Virus record (IMG/VR): IMGVR_UViG_3300020187_003788
Location: 1 to 49,755 of that record
Length of the DNA stretch: 49,755 nt
Source: a virus
Taxonomy: Duplodnaviria; Caudoviricetes
Strand: one strand, 5' to 3'
The translations under genes and the position numbers were made by a program. Positions within the stretch are counted from its first letter, which is position 1. Every line of letters begins with the position of its first letter. The notes under the pieces are model-generated. The model did no database searches. It was given only the letters and a program-made list of their open reading frames with translations, and was not told where the DNA came from. Shown here piece after piece: positions 1 to 9,844 of this stretch.

Positions 1-1
1 T

Positions 2-631
2 TCATACTAACCAGTGGTTAAATTGTTTCATTTTATCCATCTTTCCTTCTATAGAGTCTATACTATTGTAATGAATAATGGATGGATTTAATTTTTTATG
101 CCATTTATACCATCGATAGCCATTGGGGAAGTCGTCTCGATTAAGTTTATGAGTCTTTAAGTCAGAATATTTATCTAATTGTAATTTAGTGTGAATATAG
201 TTTTGGTCGCCTTGCTCGCCGTCCAAGACGAGTTTCTCGCTTGTATCAAAAAGATCTATCGTTAAATCAGAGGACTTAACCATATAAAAGCCCGTGCAAA
301 GTCTGTCAAAATCATTTTGCCCCACGATATCAAAATCATTAAGCAGCTCACACATATATTCTATTGGGTCTTCCAGATAAAAGATATCCAAGTCCGTACA
401 AAAAACAGTATGGCCTTGCTTTAGTAGTTGGTGGGTATAGTCTAATTTTTTATATACAGTATCAAGAAAACCTTGACTTTGCCAGTCACCAGATTTTACG
501 TCAATATTTATAACCTCAACCTTAGAAATGATTGAATCAAAAGATGATATATTAGCGCAAAAATTATCATGAATAGGTTTGTATTTATTATCGCCCGAAC
601 TAATTACAGAAATTAATTTTAAATTAGTCAT
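2..631 (-). CDS. Nucleotide-diphospho-sugar transferase (GT77-like, GT-A fold)
   Basis: Motifs VFCTDLDIFYLEDP (DxD), CTGFYMVKS, GDQ, FPNG and IIHYN..K...MK...W. Start moved from 781 to the ATG at 631 (MTNLK), which overlaps the end of the upstream gene. Confidence 0.8.
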   Translation of the reverse strand: MTNLKLISVISSGDNKYKPIHDNFCANISSFDSIISKVEVINIDVKSGDWQSQGFLDTVYKKLDYTHQLLKQGHTVFCTDLDIFYLEDPIEYMCELLNDFDIVGQNDFDRLCTGFYMVKSSDLTIDLFDTSEKLVLDGEQGDQNYIHTKLQLDKYSDLKTHKLNRDDFPNGYRWYKWHKKLNPSIIHYNSIDSIEGKMDKMKQFNHWLV

Positions 632-1421
632 AGGTAATATAGTCTTTGTAGACTGGATGGCCTTCATTAAAGTTTTTTGATTTCTTTTTGCCTTGAATAT
701 CAAAACCTGATTCAATCCTATCCTTGACGAGATCAATGTTTTGTAATAATTCGTCAACCCATTCTTCTCCGTTATGAGCAAAGCTTTGTAGTTTAACGAT
801 TAAATCTTCAGGCTTCATAAACCAAGATGCATGCCACCCAGATAATTCTTCTCTTTTGATTGGTTGAGGGAATTTAGGATGGTCCCAGCGCCAGCCACAT
901 TGCATACCTTTCCATCGGTTCATTCTTTTTTTAAGCTCACCCCAATAGGAAAATATAATACTATAATGATCCCAAGCTCCGAGATAACAATCCCATGATA
1001 CATTAAACCAATGAGGGCAAACTAAAAGTGGGGCATCTTGAGGCAACTCTTCTTTGTAATTTAAGATTAATCTAGGATCAATAATTTCGTCTAAATCACA
1101 AAATGAAACAATGTCTTTATCATTCAAGTTAAGAGAGGCCACACCTTTAGATAAGACCTCATATCTTTGGGCATACTCTCTCTTCCAGTTATCTTTCCCT
1201 CGAGTGTTGCTTTTTATATGAACTATCTTGTCGGAAAATTGAGAAAACCTTTTTTTGTTTTCTTCGAAGTGCAATGGTTTTTTGTTGCCGCTAAAAGTCC
1301 ATGAGTTTTCATATATAACAAACTTATCTACATGATCGTTTAATTCATGTAGCCTGAAATTAAGCACATCAAGCTCATTATTAAACATGAAGGCATCTAT
1401 TATCTTGGGCTTCATGACCAT
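624..1421 (-). CDS. GT17-family glycosyltransferase (beta-1,4-GlcNAc transferase-like)
   Basis: N-terminal IIDAFMFNNELDVLNFRLHEL...FVIYENSWTFSG.KKPLHF, DLDEI and GWHxSW motifs typical of GT17. The true start may be 1415 (ATGA overlap). Confidence 0.85.
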   Translation of the reverse strand: MVMKPKIIDAFMFNNELDVLNFRLHELNDHVDKFVIYENSWTFSGNKKPLHFEENKKRFSQFSDKIVHIKSNTRGKDNWKREYAQRYEVLSKGVASLNLNDKDIVSFCDLDEIIDPRLILNYKEELPQDAPLLVCPHWFNVSWDCYLGAWDHYSIIFSYWGELKKRMNRWKGMQCGWRWDHPKFPQPIKREELSGWHASWFMKPEDLIVKLQSFAHNGEEWVDELLQNIDLVKDRIESGFDIQGKKKSKNFNEGHPVYKDYITYD

Positions 1422-2026
1422 TTTTTATAATTAAGAAATTTTAAGTCATTCGAATAGACACTCTCTAATATATCGAGAGATTCTTTGTTTAAAATTTGAT
1501 TTTTATCCTTATTGGCACCTTGATTTTTATGAGGTATATCAGTATTAAACCCAAATGCAGACAAAATTTTAGGTAGTTCGTAGCTAATGTTTTCTAGCCT
1601 AATTAAGTGATCAACAAGAAGGTTGTTTTTAAAGTAAAAAGCATTCCATTGAAGCTGAAAATGTAAATCTATTTTGTTTGGGTTCGATTTTTTTGTTAAA
1701 TTTTTAGCAACGAAATCATTTATGTCAGAACATGGGTCTATTCGATTTTTTTTAGTAAGATAAAAATAAGCTGAGACGAATTTATCTAAGGGGTGCCTGC
1801 ATATGGCGAAAGTATTTAATCTCTGCCATTCTTTATCGTTTAAATATTGTTCAGAATAAGAAAGCCATAAATCTTTATCATCTTTCTTTACAATGGCTCT
1901 ATCTCTTAGTATGTTTCTTGTTATGCTAGTTTGAGCTGCTTTATTTATAGGTATATAAGCGAATGCGCCAAGCTTATCAAAGACAATGGGATTTGGTAAT
2001 TTAGATAAATATTGAAATTTATCCAT
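1412..2026 (-). CDS. Sulfotransferase family 2 (carbohydrate sulfotransferase-like)
   Basis: 5'-PSB-like YIPINKAAQTSI, 3'-PB-like RHPLDKFVSAY, plus HFxxQ and IRLEN. Confidence 0.8.
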   Translation of the reverse strand: MDKFQYLSKLPNPIVFDKLGAFAYIPINKAAQTSITRNILRDRAIVKKDDKDLWLSYSEQYLNDKEWQRLNTFAICRHPLDKFVSAYFYLTKKNRIDPCSDINDFVAKNLTKKSNPNKIDLHFQLQWNAFYFKNNLLVDHLIRLENISYELPKILSAFGFNTDIPHKNQGANKDKNQILNKESLDILESVYSNDLKFLNYKKWS

Positions 2027-2828
2027 TTGAAAAAACCTCCGAATAGGCTTTTGATTTTGCGGAATCTTCAGAAAGGCCTTGTGATATTAAGTCCCACTTT
2101 TTATTAAAATATGATTTCCCTAAATGACTTGTAAATTGTTTAGGATTTTTATCGTGATCTAAGTGAAAGCCAATTGTTTGAAGAGAAAATTTAATCGACT
2201 TACCTAACCTTGATAATCTTCTGGCAATGTCAAAATCTTCTCCACCCCAACCTTTAAAGTTTTGATCTAAACCCCCAACTTCATCGAAGTCTTTTCTGGT
2301 GCAAGACCAATTTCCTCCGTGCATCCTTCTTGCAACAGTATCTTTCCCGTCAAAAAGGTAGGGTTTTTCTGTTTTTTCGATAAACCTAGACCTCCTATCT
2401 TTATTTGATAAAGACCTGATAAATGAAAAATTATTCTTGATTAAATCTTTAGTCACAAGAGGGACTTTATTAATTGGTATTGAAGGGTAAGAGCCTGCTA
2501 CTACATCACCTGCGAATTGTAAATGAGAATAGATGTGATCTGGAGACCATATAATATCTGAATTACCAAAAATTAATCTATCTCCAGTTGCTAGTTCTGC
2601 GCCTCGATTCCAAATATATGCAAGTCTATAACCTTCATTTGGGCTGCTAAAATATTTTATTCCTTCTTGTTTTAAATATTCTACTGTACCATCTGTTGAG
2701 CCATCATCTGCTATAATAATCTCAAAGTCTTTTTCTGTTTGATAGCGCAAGCTCTCAATACTTAACTCGAGTGCAGATAAGTTGTTGTAAGAAGAAAGAA
2801 TTATGGAGGCTTTAGGCATAACTGACAC
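2019..2828 (-). CDS. GT2 glycosyltransferase with GT7-like C-terminal domain
   Basis: SIILSSYN, EIIIADDGSTD, NRGA and GGLDQNFKGWGGEDFDIARRL. Confidence 0.88.
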   Translation of the reverse strand: MSVMPKASIILSSYNNLSALELSIESLRYQTEKDFEIIIADDGSTDGTVEYLKQEGIKYFSSPNEGYRLAYIWNRGAELATGDRLIFGNSDIIWSPDHIYSHLQFAGDVVAGSYPSIPINKVPLVTKDLIKNNFSFIRSLSNKDRRSRFIEKTEKPYLFDGKDTVARRMHGGNWSCTRKDFDEVGGLDQNFKGWGGEDFDIARRLSRLGKSIKFSLQTIGFHLDHDKNPKQFTSHLGKSYFNKKWDLISQGLSEDSAKSKAYSEVFSNG

Positions 2829-3474
2829 TTCCTCCTATTTTGTTTTTATTCCATTTTTTTAAATTATATTGCTCGCCCCATTTTCTGCCAGCATCTTCAA
2901 ATACACCGTTAAAGCTAATCCGATTCACATTTTTTAAGTGATTAGGGTCTTTAGATTTCGTTTGTTTGTGGTGATTAATAAGTAGTTGTTCTGGATCAAT
3001 GGACTCTTCTGAAACCGCAAAGGGTTTGTATACATTTTTTACAAAGAAATCTTTGTTCCACATAGTTGGGTTGAATGAAAACTCAAAAAAATGATGGAAA
3101 TGAAAGCCAATATATTCGTAGTCGCTATCAACTAATTCGCGCATATTAAAGGGAATCAGCAAATCCCAGTCATCTTCAAGCCACATAACATAGCCGTCTA
3201 AGTTTTGAAGCTCGTTGTACGCCGAAGTGATCACATGCTTTGCCGCCGAATAAAAGCAAGCCTTATCTGACACATGTAAATCCTGAATACCTCCAGTAAA
3301 ATTTTTAAAATTATCTATCGCTTCTTGTGTTTTTTTAAATGGAGAGTCTAAATTAATAAACCATTTATAATTGATATCTTGTTTTTTAAGTATATCAAGA
3401 AATGGTGGTAGTGCCTGATTGTGTAAATCAGGTCTATCAATTGCTGTAGTTAATATGTAAAGATCGTAATGCAT
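2812..3474 (-). CDS. Putative GT-A fold glycosyltransferase
   Basis: ILTTAIDRPDL, WLEDDW (ExD/DxD-like), FSFNP and F.D.GR.W; cluster context. Confidence 0.6.
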   Translation of the reverse strand: MHYDLYILTTAIDRPDLHNQALPPFLDILKKQDINYKWFINLDSPFKKTQEAIDNFKNFTGGIQDLHVSDKACFYSAAKHVITSAYNELQNLDGYVMWLEDDWDLLIPFNMRELVDSDYEYIGFHFHHFFEFSFNPTMWNKDFFVKNVYKPFAVSEESIDPEQLLINHHKQTKSKDPNHLKNVNRISFNGVFEDAGRKWGEQYNLKKWNKNKIGGSVSYA

Positions 3475-3476
3475 TA

Positions 3477-3998
3477 TTAAGATTTTCTGTGAGAGCCATG
3501 TAGCCCGTATATTGGGTCAACATAAGACCTGGGTAGTGTGGAGATTTCAGCATATCTCTTGTTCATTTTATCAATTCTTGTAAGCATTTGTTGCTTAATG
3601 GATTCAGTGCTTTGATTAGGCAATAAACTTTTAGGGAAAAAATTTAAAAAAGTATCAAAAATATAATCCGTATCTCGTAATTTATTAAAGTCTATAATAA
3701 GTATATTGTCTCTAGATAGATATTTACTATCTAAATTTCTAAAAACTCTTTTTGGCCTAAGTGGGTCGTTTTCACGATAAGAGCTTACAAAAAATAATTC
3801 ATAATTGAACCCAAACTTTCTTTGAAAGTCATCCAAATTTAAGTAATGAGTTTTAGTTACAAGATTATCTTGGATGTTAGAGTCCACACCAAAGACGGCA
3901 GGAGAATCGGGGCAAAAAAAACCAACCAGATAGTTGATCAGTAAAGTGCTTCCAGTAAATTCTCCAGAAGCCTGTATGATTCTGGCACTTGATTTCAT
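3477..3998 (-). CDS. Divergent sulfotransferase-like (P-loop fold) protein
   Basis: N-terminal IIQASGEFTGSTLLxNxL resembles the 5'-PSB loop; KTH and SYR motifs. Confidence 0.45.
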   Translation of the reverse strand: MKSSARIIQASGEFTGSTLLINYLVGFFCPDSPAVFGVDSNIQDNLVTKTHYLNLDDFQRKFGFNYELFFVSSYRENDPLRPKRVFRNLDSKYLSRDNILIIDFNKLRDTDYIFDTFLNFFPKSLLPNQSTESIKQQMLTRIDKMNKRYAEISTLPRSYVDPIYGLHGSHRKS

Positions 3999-3999
3999 A

Positions 4000-4863
4000 T
4001 TAAAAGAGAATTGTTTGATTGAATTTAGGTATAAAAAGCCTAGGCCAATAATTAAAGTTAGATTGATTACAAATCAAAAAGTCAGAATAATCCTTCATTA
4101 AAAACATGCATGTTGTTGCTTCATTTATTTTCTTTAAGAAATCATTTTGTTTTGTCAAGTGCAAGGCTTGGCTGTCATCAGGATAAGAATTTACGGTATC
4201 AACACAATTATATTCTTCTGATAATAATTTTGCAAAATATTGACAGTCGGTAAATATCATAACCAGTAGATCACTATTAAATGATAATAGTTCATCTATT
4301 TTTTTCTTGTATAATTTAAAGCAGTTGGTTATGTTATTTTTTTTCGTGTCGCCTTCAGAAAAACCTAATGACCTGAATTGCTTGCGATTGCCTCTAAATA
4401 AGAATTCATCGTGATCACCATAGCGAAAATGAACAGATAATATTTCGCGCCCTTTTAGTTTTTTTTGATAAAAGTTTTTAATGGTGTTTGTAATTGATGT
4501 ATTTAGGTTAAGTTTTTTAAGAAAATTATATGCAATGAAGTCCTGCTCTAATTCATCGAATTTATAATCTTTTAGCATCATTTTTGAGTATTGATTTGAA
4601 AATTTATTTTTAATTTGAATATCATAATCATTGTTAAAATCGCAAGGTTCAAAAACCTCAACCCCATCAATGCTTTTATTATTAAATATGGTGCTAAATA
4701 AATTAACTGGAGTTTTATAATTATTGTAAATAGTTTTTTGCCAATCGACTATTAAATCAGAATTAGATTTTTTTGCAAGATACCAGCATAATGCCGCATT
4801 GCCTAAGATATCCCCGAGGCCGCAATTTCTGTTAGCTATAAGAAAGGGTTTACTCATGCCCAC
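4000..4863 (-). CDS. Fucosyltransferase-like protein (GT23/NodZ/GT11 superfamily)
   Basis: GLGDILGN, SVHFRYGD (HxRxxD), IFTD and SNF motifs. Confidence 0.7.
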   Translation of the reverse strand: MGMSKPFLIANRNCGLGDILGNAALCWYLAKKSNSDLIVDWQKTIYNNYKTPVNLFSTIFNNKSIDGVEVFEPCDFNNDYDIQIKNKFSNQYSKMMLKDYKFDELEQDFIAYNFLKKLNLNTSITNTIKNFYQKKLKGREILSVHFRYGDHDEFLFRGNRKQFRSLGFSEGDTKKNNITNCFKLYKKKIDELLSFNSDLLVMIFTDCQYFAKLLSEEYNCVDTVNSYPDDSQALHLTKQNDFLKKINEATTCMFLMKDYSDFLICNQSNFNYWPRLFIPKFNQTILF

Positions 4864-5599
4864 TGAAACTTCTCATATGGAAAATTTTAGTTTGATTAAA
4901 GTCCCAGTCGCTTTCTAGCAAGTGTTTGTATTGAGTATTTCTGCAATTCCAAATTTTGTTGTCTAATATATTCCAGTGTAGCGACCTGGCAATGTTAATC
5001 ATATTCTTGATAAAATAAGGTTTGCCATCTGGGTTTTTATGCTGCATCCTTAATATGCCATTGAAGCACCCCTGGTCATCGGGAGTTTTGTTTGAAAACT
5101 TTTTTTGCTCAGAGATAACCTTCGCTTTTGTTGATAGCATTTGATCTAGCCATAATTCAAGAAAATTCACAAGAATATCGTTATTTTTATTAAAAGCTAA
5201 AACTCCGGTATTTAAAATTTCTTTATCCAAGAATTCCGTACCGACACAAAAATCAAAACTTTCAAGCTGATCAAAAAGGTCAGAAATATTTTGTGCAATA
5301 TAAGTATCACAATCTAAAAAGATAGTTTTTTCATATGGACTATTTTTGATACCAAAAACCTTTGGGATGAAACCAAAGTCATTTTTTATTGGGATTATTT
5401 TATCAGCTGAAGATTCGCAAAACAACTCCTTATTAAAATCAGAAAACACAGTGACATTTAAATCTGGATTAGATTTTTTAAGAGAATTTATTGAGTTTAA
5501 AACGTCTCTCAGTATTGATTTTTTACCACTATTGAATTTAAAAGGAGATGGTGAGGTTTCCGGATCAACCGCCACATAAATAACGCCGCAATTATTCAC
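4850..5599 (-). CDS. GT8-like glycosyltransferase
   Basis: SPYEKTIFLDCDTY, NTGVLAF, DQxxFN, WNxR and IFH. Confidence 0.7.
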   Translation of the reverse strand: MNNCGVIYVAVDPETSPSPFKFNSGKKSILRDVLNSINSLKKSNPDLNVTVFSDFNKELFCESSADKIIPIKNDFGFIPKVFGIKNSPYEKTIFLDCDTYIAQNISDLFDQLESFDFCVGTEFLDKEILNTGVLAFNKNNDILVNFLELWLDQMLSTKAKVISEQKKFSNKTPDDQGCFNGILRMQHKNPDGKPYFIKNMINIARSLHWNILDNKIWNCRNTQYKHLLESDWDFNQTKIFHMRSFSGHE

Positions 5600-7322
5600 T
5601 TTTTTCTTTTACTTGAGAATACTTATTTTCATAGAAGTCACTAATGCTTTCATCTATATCTGAAGGCCTAGCTAGCGGGTTTCTGTACATAGCAACTTCT
5701 CTAATCAACATTTCAGATATATGTAATGATAAAAGAAAAGGTGAGTTTTCTTTGTAAAGTCTTTGAAATTTTGGATTCCCGTTATTGATTAATATTGTAA
5801 AGTCAGATGCATCATCGACTTTAGACATTAATTTTTTTTGATCTTCTCCAAAGTCAATAATTTGATACCTTAATCTTTTGGATCGTTTAGGTTTTTGGTT
5901 TTTGAATTTATTCCAAAGAGGTGGGATATTGTTTTCAGGTTCAGGCTCTTGTTCTTCCTCCTCCTCTTCTTCTGGTTCAGGCTCTTCGGGTTCTGGTTCA
6001 AAAACCCATTCTTTGTCGATAGTAAATTCAGCAAATTTTTCTAATTCTTGTCGCTCTTCTTCTTCTTTAATTTCTTCTTCGCCTAAGTCTTCATCATCAT
6101 CTTCTTCTTCCTCTTCGTCATCCCAGAGATCGGAAAAGTCTTCATCTTCAAAGTATTCCGCCAACATACTTGAAACTTCATTAGCTAAAGCATCAAGGAT
6201 ATTCATTTTCTCTTCTTGATTTAATTTAATATATTCAATAATCCATTCGATTATAACTTTATAAACTCGAGTATAAAAGGGTATCGTTACTGGATGATCG
6301 TTTCGCAAGCCATGATGAGATAAGTCTTTGGCGGGCATACCGGTGTTATCCATTACTTCAGATAATTCATTACACGAAATAAAGCCAATTAATTGATTGA
6401 ATACATTGTGAATCTTGTCTTTGTTTTCAATTTCTTCTCCATTTTTATTTTCTAACCAATCAAGAGTTGATTCAATCATATCTTGATCTGACAAATGAAA
6501 AGGGCAAATTTTAACTTTAGAAATAATGTCAATATTTTTAAGGGGATGATTTTTAATCAAAGATCGATCATAAATTAATGAAAGCCTGAACTCAATGTTT
6601 CCTGTTTTTGATTCACCATAGTAATCATAATCAAAAGAACGGCGAACAATAGGAATGTTTGAGCCGGGGAGTTTGTATGAAAAATCTAAGCTTTTACCAT
6701 TGAGGTAAATGTTGAACTTTTTTCCTTCTTTTTCTAATTGGGGCAATAAGAAACCAAAGAATGTGCAAAGCTCTCCACTAATTGCCGCCGATGGCCATCC
6801 ATTTTTTTGAATATCCTCTTTTAGGGTAACTATTCTAATTTTAGTACCAGACTCCGTCTCAATAGAACAATCGTCTGCGGGAATCTCTTTTAGGGAAGGA
6901 GAATATTCATTTAAAAACTCAGCTCCAGAGGGTTTATATTCAACCAAGAAGCACTTGCCGTGCTTGTCTTTTGTCTCAATGGTCCAGTGTATATCTGTTT
7001 CATGCGAAAGTTTGTCGTTGGCTAATTTACCGCCGATCCCCATTTGGCCGAGCTTAATCCCTTGTCCGCCAGTTAAGTCATAAGAGTTTCCAAAGACAAA
7101 ATATTTTTCAAACCCACTCATGCCGTTTTCGTCTTTAAGGTGATCAAAACCTTGACCGTCATCAATGATGGTAGCACTCGACTGATCAAAATCGATTTTA
7201 CAAAAAGTTGAAAAGTTTTGGATTGAGTTCTTAACTAGCTCGGTAAAAGCTTGAGGTATGTTAACGGTAGATTGAAGTAACCTGCTTAAGTTGGCTCCTG
7301 TTTTAATTTGTATGTTATTCAT
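5592..7322 (-). CDS. GHKL ATPase (HATPase_c_3, MORC/Hsp90-like) with acidic linker
   Basis: Bergerat-fold motifs ELVKNS, DDGQGF, GQMGIGGK and GTKI; long D/E tract; C-terminal INxxNP motif. Confidence 0.8.
   Translation of the reverse strand: MNNIQIKTGANLSRLLQSTVNIPQAFTELVKNSIQNFSTFCKIDFDQSSATIIDDGQGFDHLKDENGMSGFEKYFVFGNSYDLTGGQGIKLGQMGIGGKLANDKLSHETDIHWTIETKDKHGKCFLVEYKPSGAEFLNEYSPSLKEIPADDCSIETESGTKIRIVTLKEDIQKNGWPSAAISGELCTFFGFLLPQLEKEGKKFNIYLNGKSLDFSYKLPGSNIPIVRRSFDYDYYGESKTGNIEFRLSLIYDRSLIKNHPLKNIDIISKVKICPFHLSDQDMIESTLDWLENKNGEEIENKDKIHNVFNQLIGFISCNELSEVMDNTGMPAKDLSHHGLRNDHPVTIPFYTRVYKVIIEWIIEYIKLNQEEKMNILDALANEVSSMLAEYFEDEDFSDLWDDEEEEEDDDEDLGEEEIKEEEERQELEKFAEFTIDKEWVFEPEPEEPEPEEEEEEEQEPEPENNIPPLWNKFKNQKPKRSKRLRYQIIDFGEDQKKLMSKVDDASDFTILINNGNPKFQRLYKENSPFLLSLHISEMLIREVAMYRNPLARPSDIDESISDFYENKYSQVKEKSE
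5940..6150 (-). repeat. Low-complexity acidic coding tract (poly-E/D, EPEPE)
   Basis: Runs of tct/tca/tcc on the + strand encode DDEEEEEDDDED...EPEPEEPEPEEEEEEEQEPEPE. Confidence 0.85.
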
Positions 7323-7327
7323 AGTAT

Positions 7328-7801
7328 CTATATTACACTATATAAAAGTTCTGTTCTATTTTGCTTTATGAATTTAACTTTATCCTTCATGAATAATTCT
7401 ATGTCTTTTTTGTTTTGTTTAAAGTCTTTCGTCTTTACTGGATTGATAGCTATGCAGAAATGTTTGATTGTATACTGAGAAAAATAGATAGACTCTAAAA
7501 ATTCAAGAGCAATGTCGGGATCAAGTATAGATAAGAAATCGATAGATGCTGGTGAATCAGATAAAGATTTGTAAACTTTATGCCCCAAATATTTCTCGCC
7601 TACAAATACATTAGAATCTTTTGTATTTTTAAATGGGCTGATTTCAACACATGTTAAGTCTTTTGCGAAGTCTGTTTCGCGCAAGAACCAGCGGTCACTT
7701 AGCCATTTGCTTGTTGAGTTTACAACTTCGCCGCTATCAAGTTTTATTAAATTAATAATATGTTTATTCAGCCCTTCAAGATGTGATATTAAATTTTCCA
7801 T
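7328..7801 (-). CDS. Hypothetical protein, possibly a degenerate FkbM-like methyltransferase
   Basis: Coupled ORF; PASIDFLSILD...FSQYTIKHFCI weakly resembles the FkbM IDYLSID...F..Y.I segment. Confidence 0.4.
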   Translation of the reverse strand: MENLISHLEGLNKHIINLIKLDSGEVVNSTSKWLSDRWFLRETDFAKDLTCVEISPFKNTKDSNVFVGEKYLGHKVYKSLSDSPASIDFLSILDPDIALEFLESIYFSQYTIKHFCIAINPVKTKDFKQNKKDIELFMKDKVKFIKQNRTELLYSVI

Positions 7802-8481
7802 TCTCTGCTATGCCTGCCCTTCCAGTTAGTTCCTGTGGCACCCAAGTGAACACAATATTTCCCTTCTTTTAAATTAATGCATTTGCCACCTTTTCTTTTA
7901 AAATTTTCGGAAACAAAAAGATGGTCTGATTTTCCAGCATGACCAAAATCCTCAGACATTCGAATATCTTTTCGGAATTTAAAAAGCTGCATATATCCAA
8001 TCCCAGCTATATCCGGTCCGGCCCTTCTGTCGACTCCAGTATTGTGGGATTTACCCGACTTGATATGAGCTAAATATCTATTAAATTGATTTTCGTTTTG
8101 ACAAAAAGCCCTCGGTAACGAGTATAAATTATTATCTTGTAAGTTAGATATTAAAGACTTAAACTCAGGTGGAAAAATAATATCAGAATCAGTCAAACAA
8201 ATTAAATCATTAAAATTTTGATCGTTTAAAAAATCAAAAAAAATATTATAAATTGCCCCCTTATTGAAGTTGCCATGTTTTTTAACAATGTTATTGTCAA
8301 CTATAAAGTATTCCACATTATCGTATTGCGAACATATATCTATGCATTTTTTATCTTCTTTGGTAGTGATGACATAAATAGTATCAAATATTTTAGTATT
8401 AAATGGTAAGACTAATTCCAAAAAATCAGAATAGTTTATAGAAACTAATGCTGCAATTAGTTTTTTATTCAAAGTAGCCAT
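7789..8481 (-). CDS. GT-A fold (GT2-like) glycosyltransferase
   Basis: VSINYSDFL, FNKGAIYN, TDSDIIFP, GYMQLF and HLG...NWKGR. Confidence 0.7.
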   Translation of the reverse strand: MATLNKKLIAALVSINYSDFLELVLPFNTKIFDTIYVITTKEDKKCIDICSQYDNVEYFIVDNNIVKKHGNFNKGAIYNIFFDFLNDQNFNDLICLTDSDIIFPPEFKSLISNLQDNNLYSLPRAFCQNENQFNRYLAHIKSGKSHNTGVDRRAGPDIAGIGYMQLFKFRKDIRMSEDFGHAGKSDHLFVSENFKRKGGKCINLKEGKYCVHLGATGTNWKGRHSREWKI

Positions 8482-9215
8482 TTCTTTCTGTCTACAAATG
8501 ATTGCTTTTTGTGCTCAGCCTCTTTTTTTGTGTTTGGGTGCCAAACATATGTTTCTTCCTCTATTGGCCCCCGCTTTACTAGGGGTTTACTTAATGCTAG
8601 TAAAGAGAGTTTTTGATAATTGTAATATTGATCTGCGATATTATCAATAATTAACTCGTCGCCAAGTTTATGGGCTTGAGAAGATGGGTGGTTGCTTAAT
8701 AAAAATTGATTAAAATTTTTCTGGTCAGACCCTTTAATTTCTCTAGTGTTAAGGAATTTATCTAAATAGTTTATCGTTCTGTGATTACTGCGAAAGAAAA
8801 TCCAGCCCATACAGCATGTAAACCCAAAAGCTTCGCGGACTTCTGGTGGGAATGCTTCTTGATGGCGAACTGTAGAGACAATAATATCTTGACTGTTTGA
8901 TTCTATTAGTTGGGGTATTGGATTTTTTAACCAAAGAGCATCAGTATCGGAGTGGATTATATCAAAGCCCTCTTCTAGGTATTTTTTGAATATAAATGTT
9001 CTGCGCATTGTATGCTTGCACCCAGAGATCCAGTCGTCATTAAATTCATCAAGGACTCTTGAATGACATCCGTGAGATTTTAAATATTCATCAGACTCAG
9101 GATCTAGGCATAGAACTTCATAATTATCTATAGATAATTCATTAAGGTGCTTAACCCAGTTAAGTGCTATTTCTCTATAAGGGTAATTGCAGAATGATAT
9201 AATTTTAAGATTCAT
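8469..9215 (-). CDS. Nucleotide-diphospho-sugar transferase (GT77-like)
   Basis: NWVKHL, IIHSDTDALWLKNP, CMGWIFFRS and SDQ..FN. Start re-assigned to MNLKII at 9215. Confidence 0.8.
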   Translation of the reverse strand: MNLKIISFCNYPYREIALNWVKHLNELSIDNYEVLCLDPESDEYLKSHGCHSRVLDEFNDDWISGCKHTMRRTFIFKKYLEEGFDIIHSDTDALWLKNPIPQLIESNSQDIIVSTVRHQEAFPPEVREAFGFTCCMGWIFFRSNHRTINYLDKFLNTREIKGSDQKNFNQFLLSNHPSSQAHKLGDELIIDNIADQYYNYQKLSLLALSKPLVKRGPIEEETYVWHPNTKKEAEHKKQSFVDRKKWLL

Positions 9216-9843
9216 AATCAAATAACTCGAAGTCTTTTTTGTAGAAGTTATATATTTTATCTCTTGATAAATCACTCCATTCAAATTCTTCTTTGAAGTT
9301 TTTTGAATTGTATGCATGTGGTAGTTTTAATTCTTTGATACCTATACTGGAGCAAATCTTATTGAAATCTTCATGCAGGTTTTCGAATCTACCAATAAAA
9401 TCACAAGTAAAGTCAGAGTCGATTTTATCTGTAAAATAGTGGCCGCCATTTAAGTGAGGAAAAAACTCAAACTGAGGTAGTGTATGATAACCATCGTACT
9501 CACTCCAAAGATCTTTATTGAACATTCTATACTCATCATCTACAGCTAACTGTACATACTCGTCGAAGGACACAGACCTCTTTTTTTGATAAAATTCTAT
9601 GTCTGGGTGCACTCGATACTGTAACTCGCCCCATTTCCATGCAGAGACAAAACGATCATATGGGTTACGAACAAAAGAGAAAACATAATAATCTAAATGG
9701 TCGTTGAAGAATTTACTAAAACCCCTCTTTCTTAAAACTTTAGATGGTATTTCTGGGTCAACTTGCCTTAAGAATTTTTCGACAGATGTTCCGGCGGCTT
9801 TAGGAATATGTATGAATATGCATTTATGTTTGTGACTAATCAT
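9205..9843 (-). CDS. Sulfotransferase family 2
   Basis: MISHKHKCIFIHIPKAAGTS, FVRNPYDRFVSAW, DFIGRFENL and YKKDFELFDY. Start re-assigned to 9843. Confidence 0.9.
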   Translation of the reverse strand: MISHKHKCIFIHIPKAAGTSVEKFLRQVDPEIPSKVLRKRGFSKFFNDHLDYYVFSFVRNPYDRFVSAWKWGELQYRVHPDIEFYQKKRSVSFDEYVQLAVDDEYRMFNKDLWSEYDGYHTLPQFEFFPHLNGGHYFTDKIDSDFTCDFIGRFENLHEDFNKICSSIGIKELKLPHAYNSKNFKEEFEWSDLSRDKIYNFYKKDFELFDYES

Positions 9844-9844
9844 T

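Noticed and set aside
632-781. N-terminal extensions given by the ORF track (also 9216-9317, 9844-9909 and 32418-32492)
   Set aside because: They overlap upstream genes extensively; family motifs begin at the downstream start codons.
5878-6219. Ser-rich + strand ORF (113 aa)
   Set aside because: Antisense shadow of the acidic E/D tract of the GHKL ATPase.
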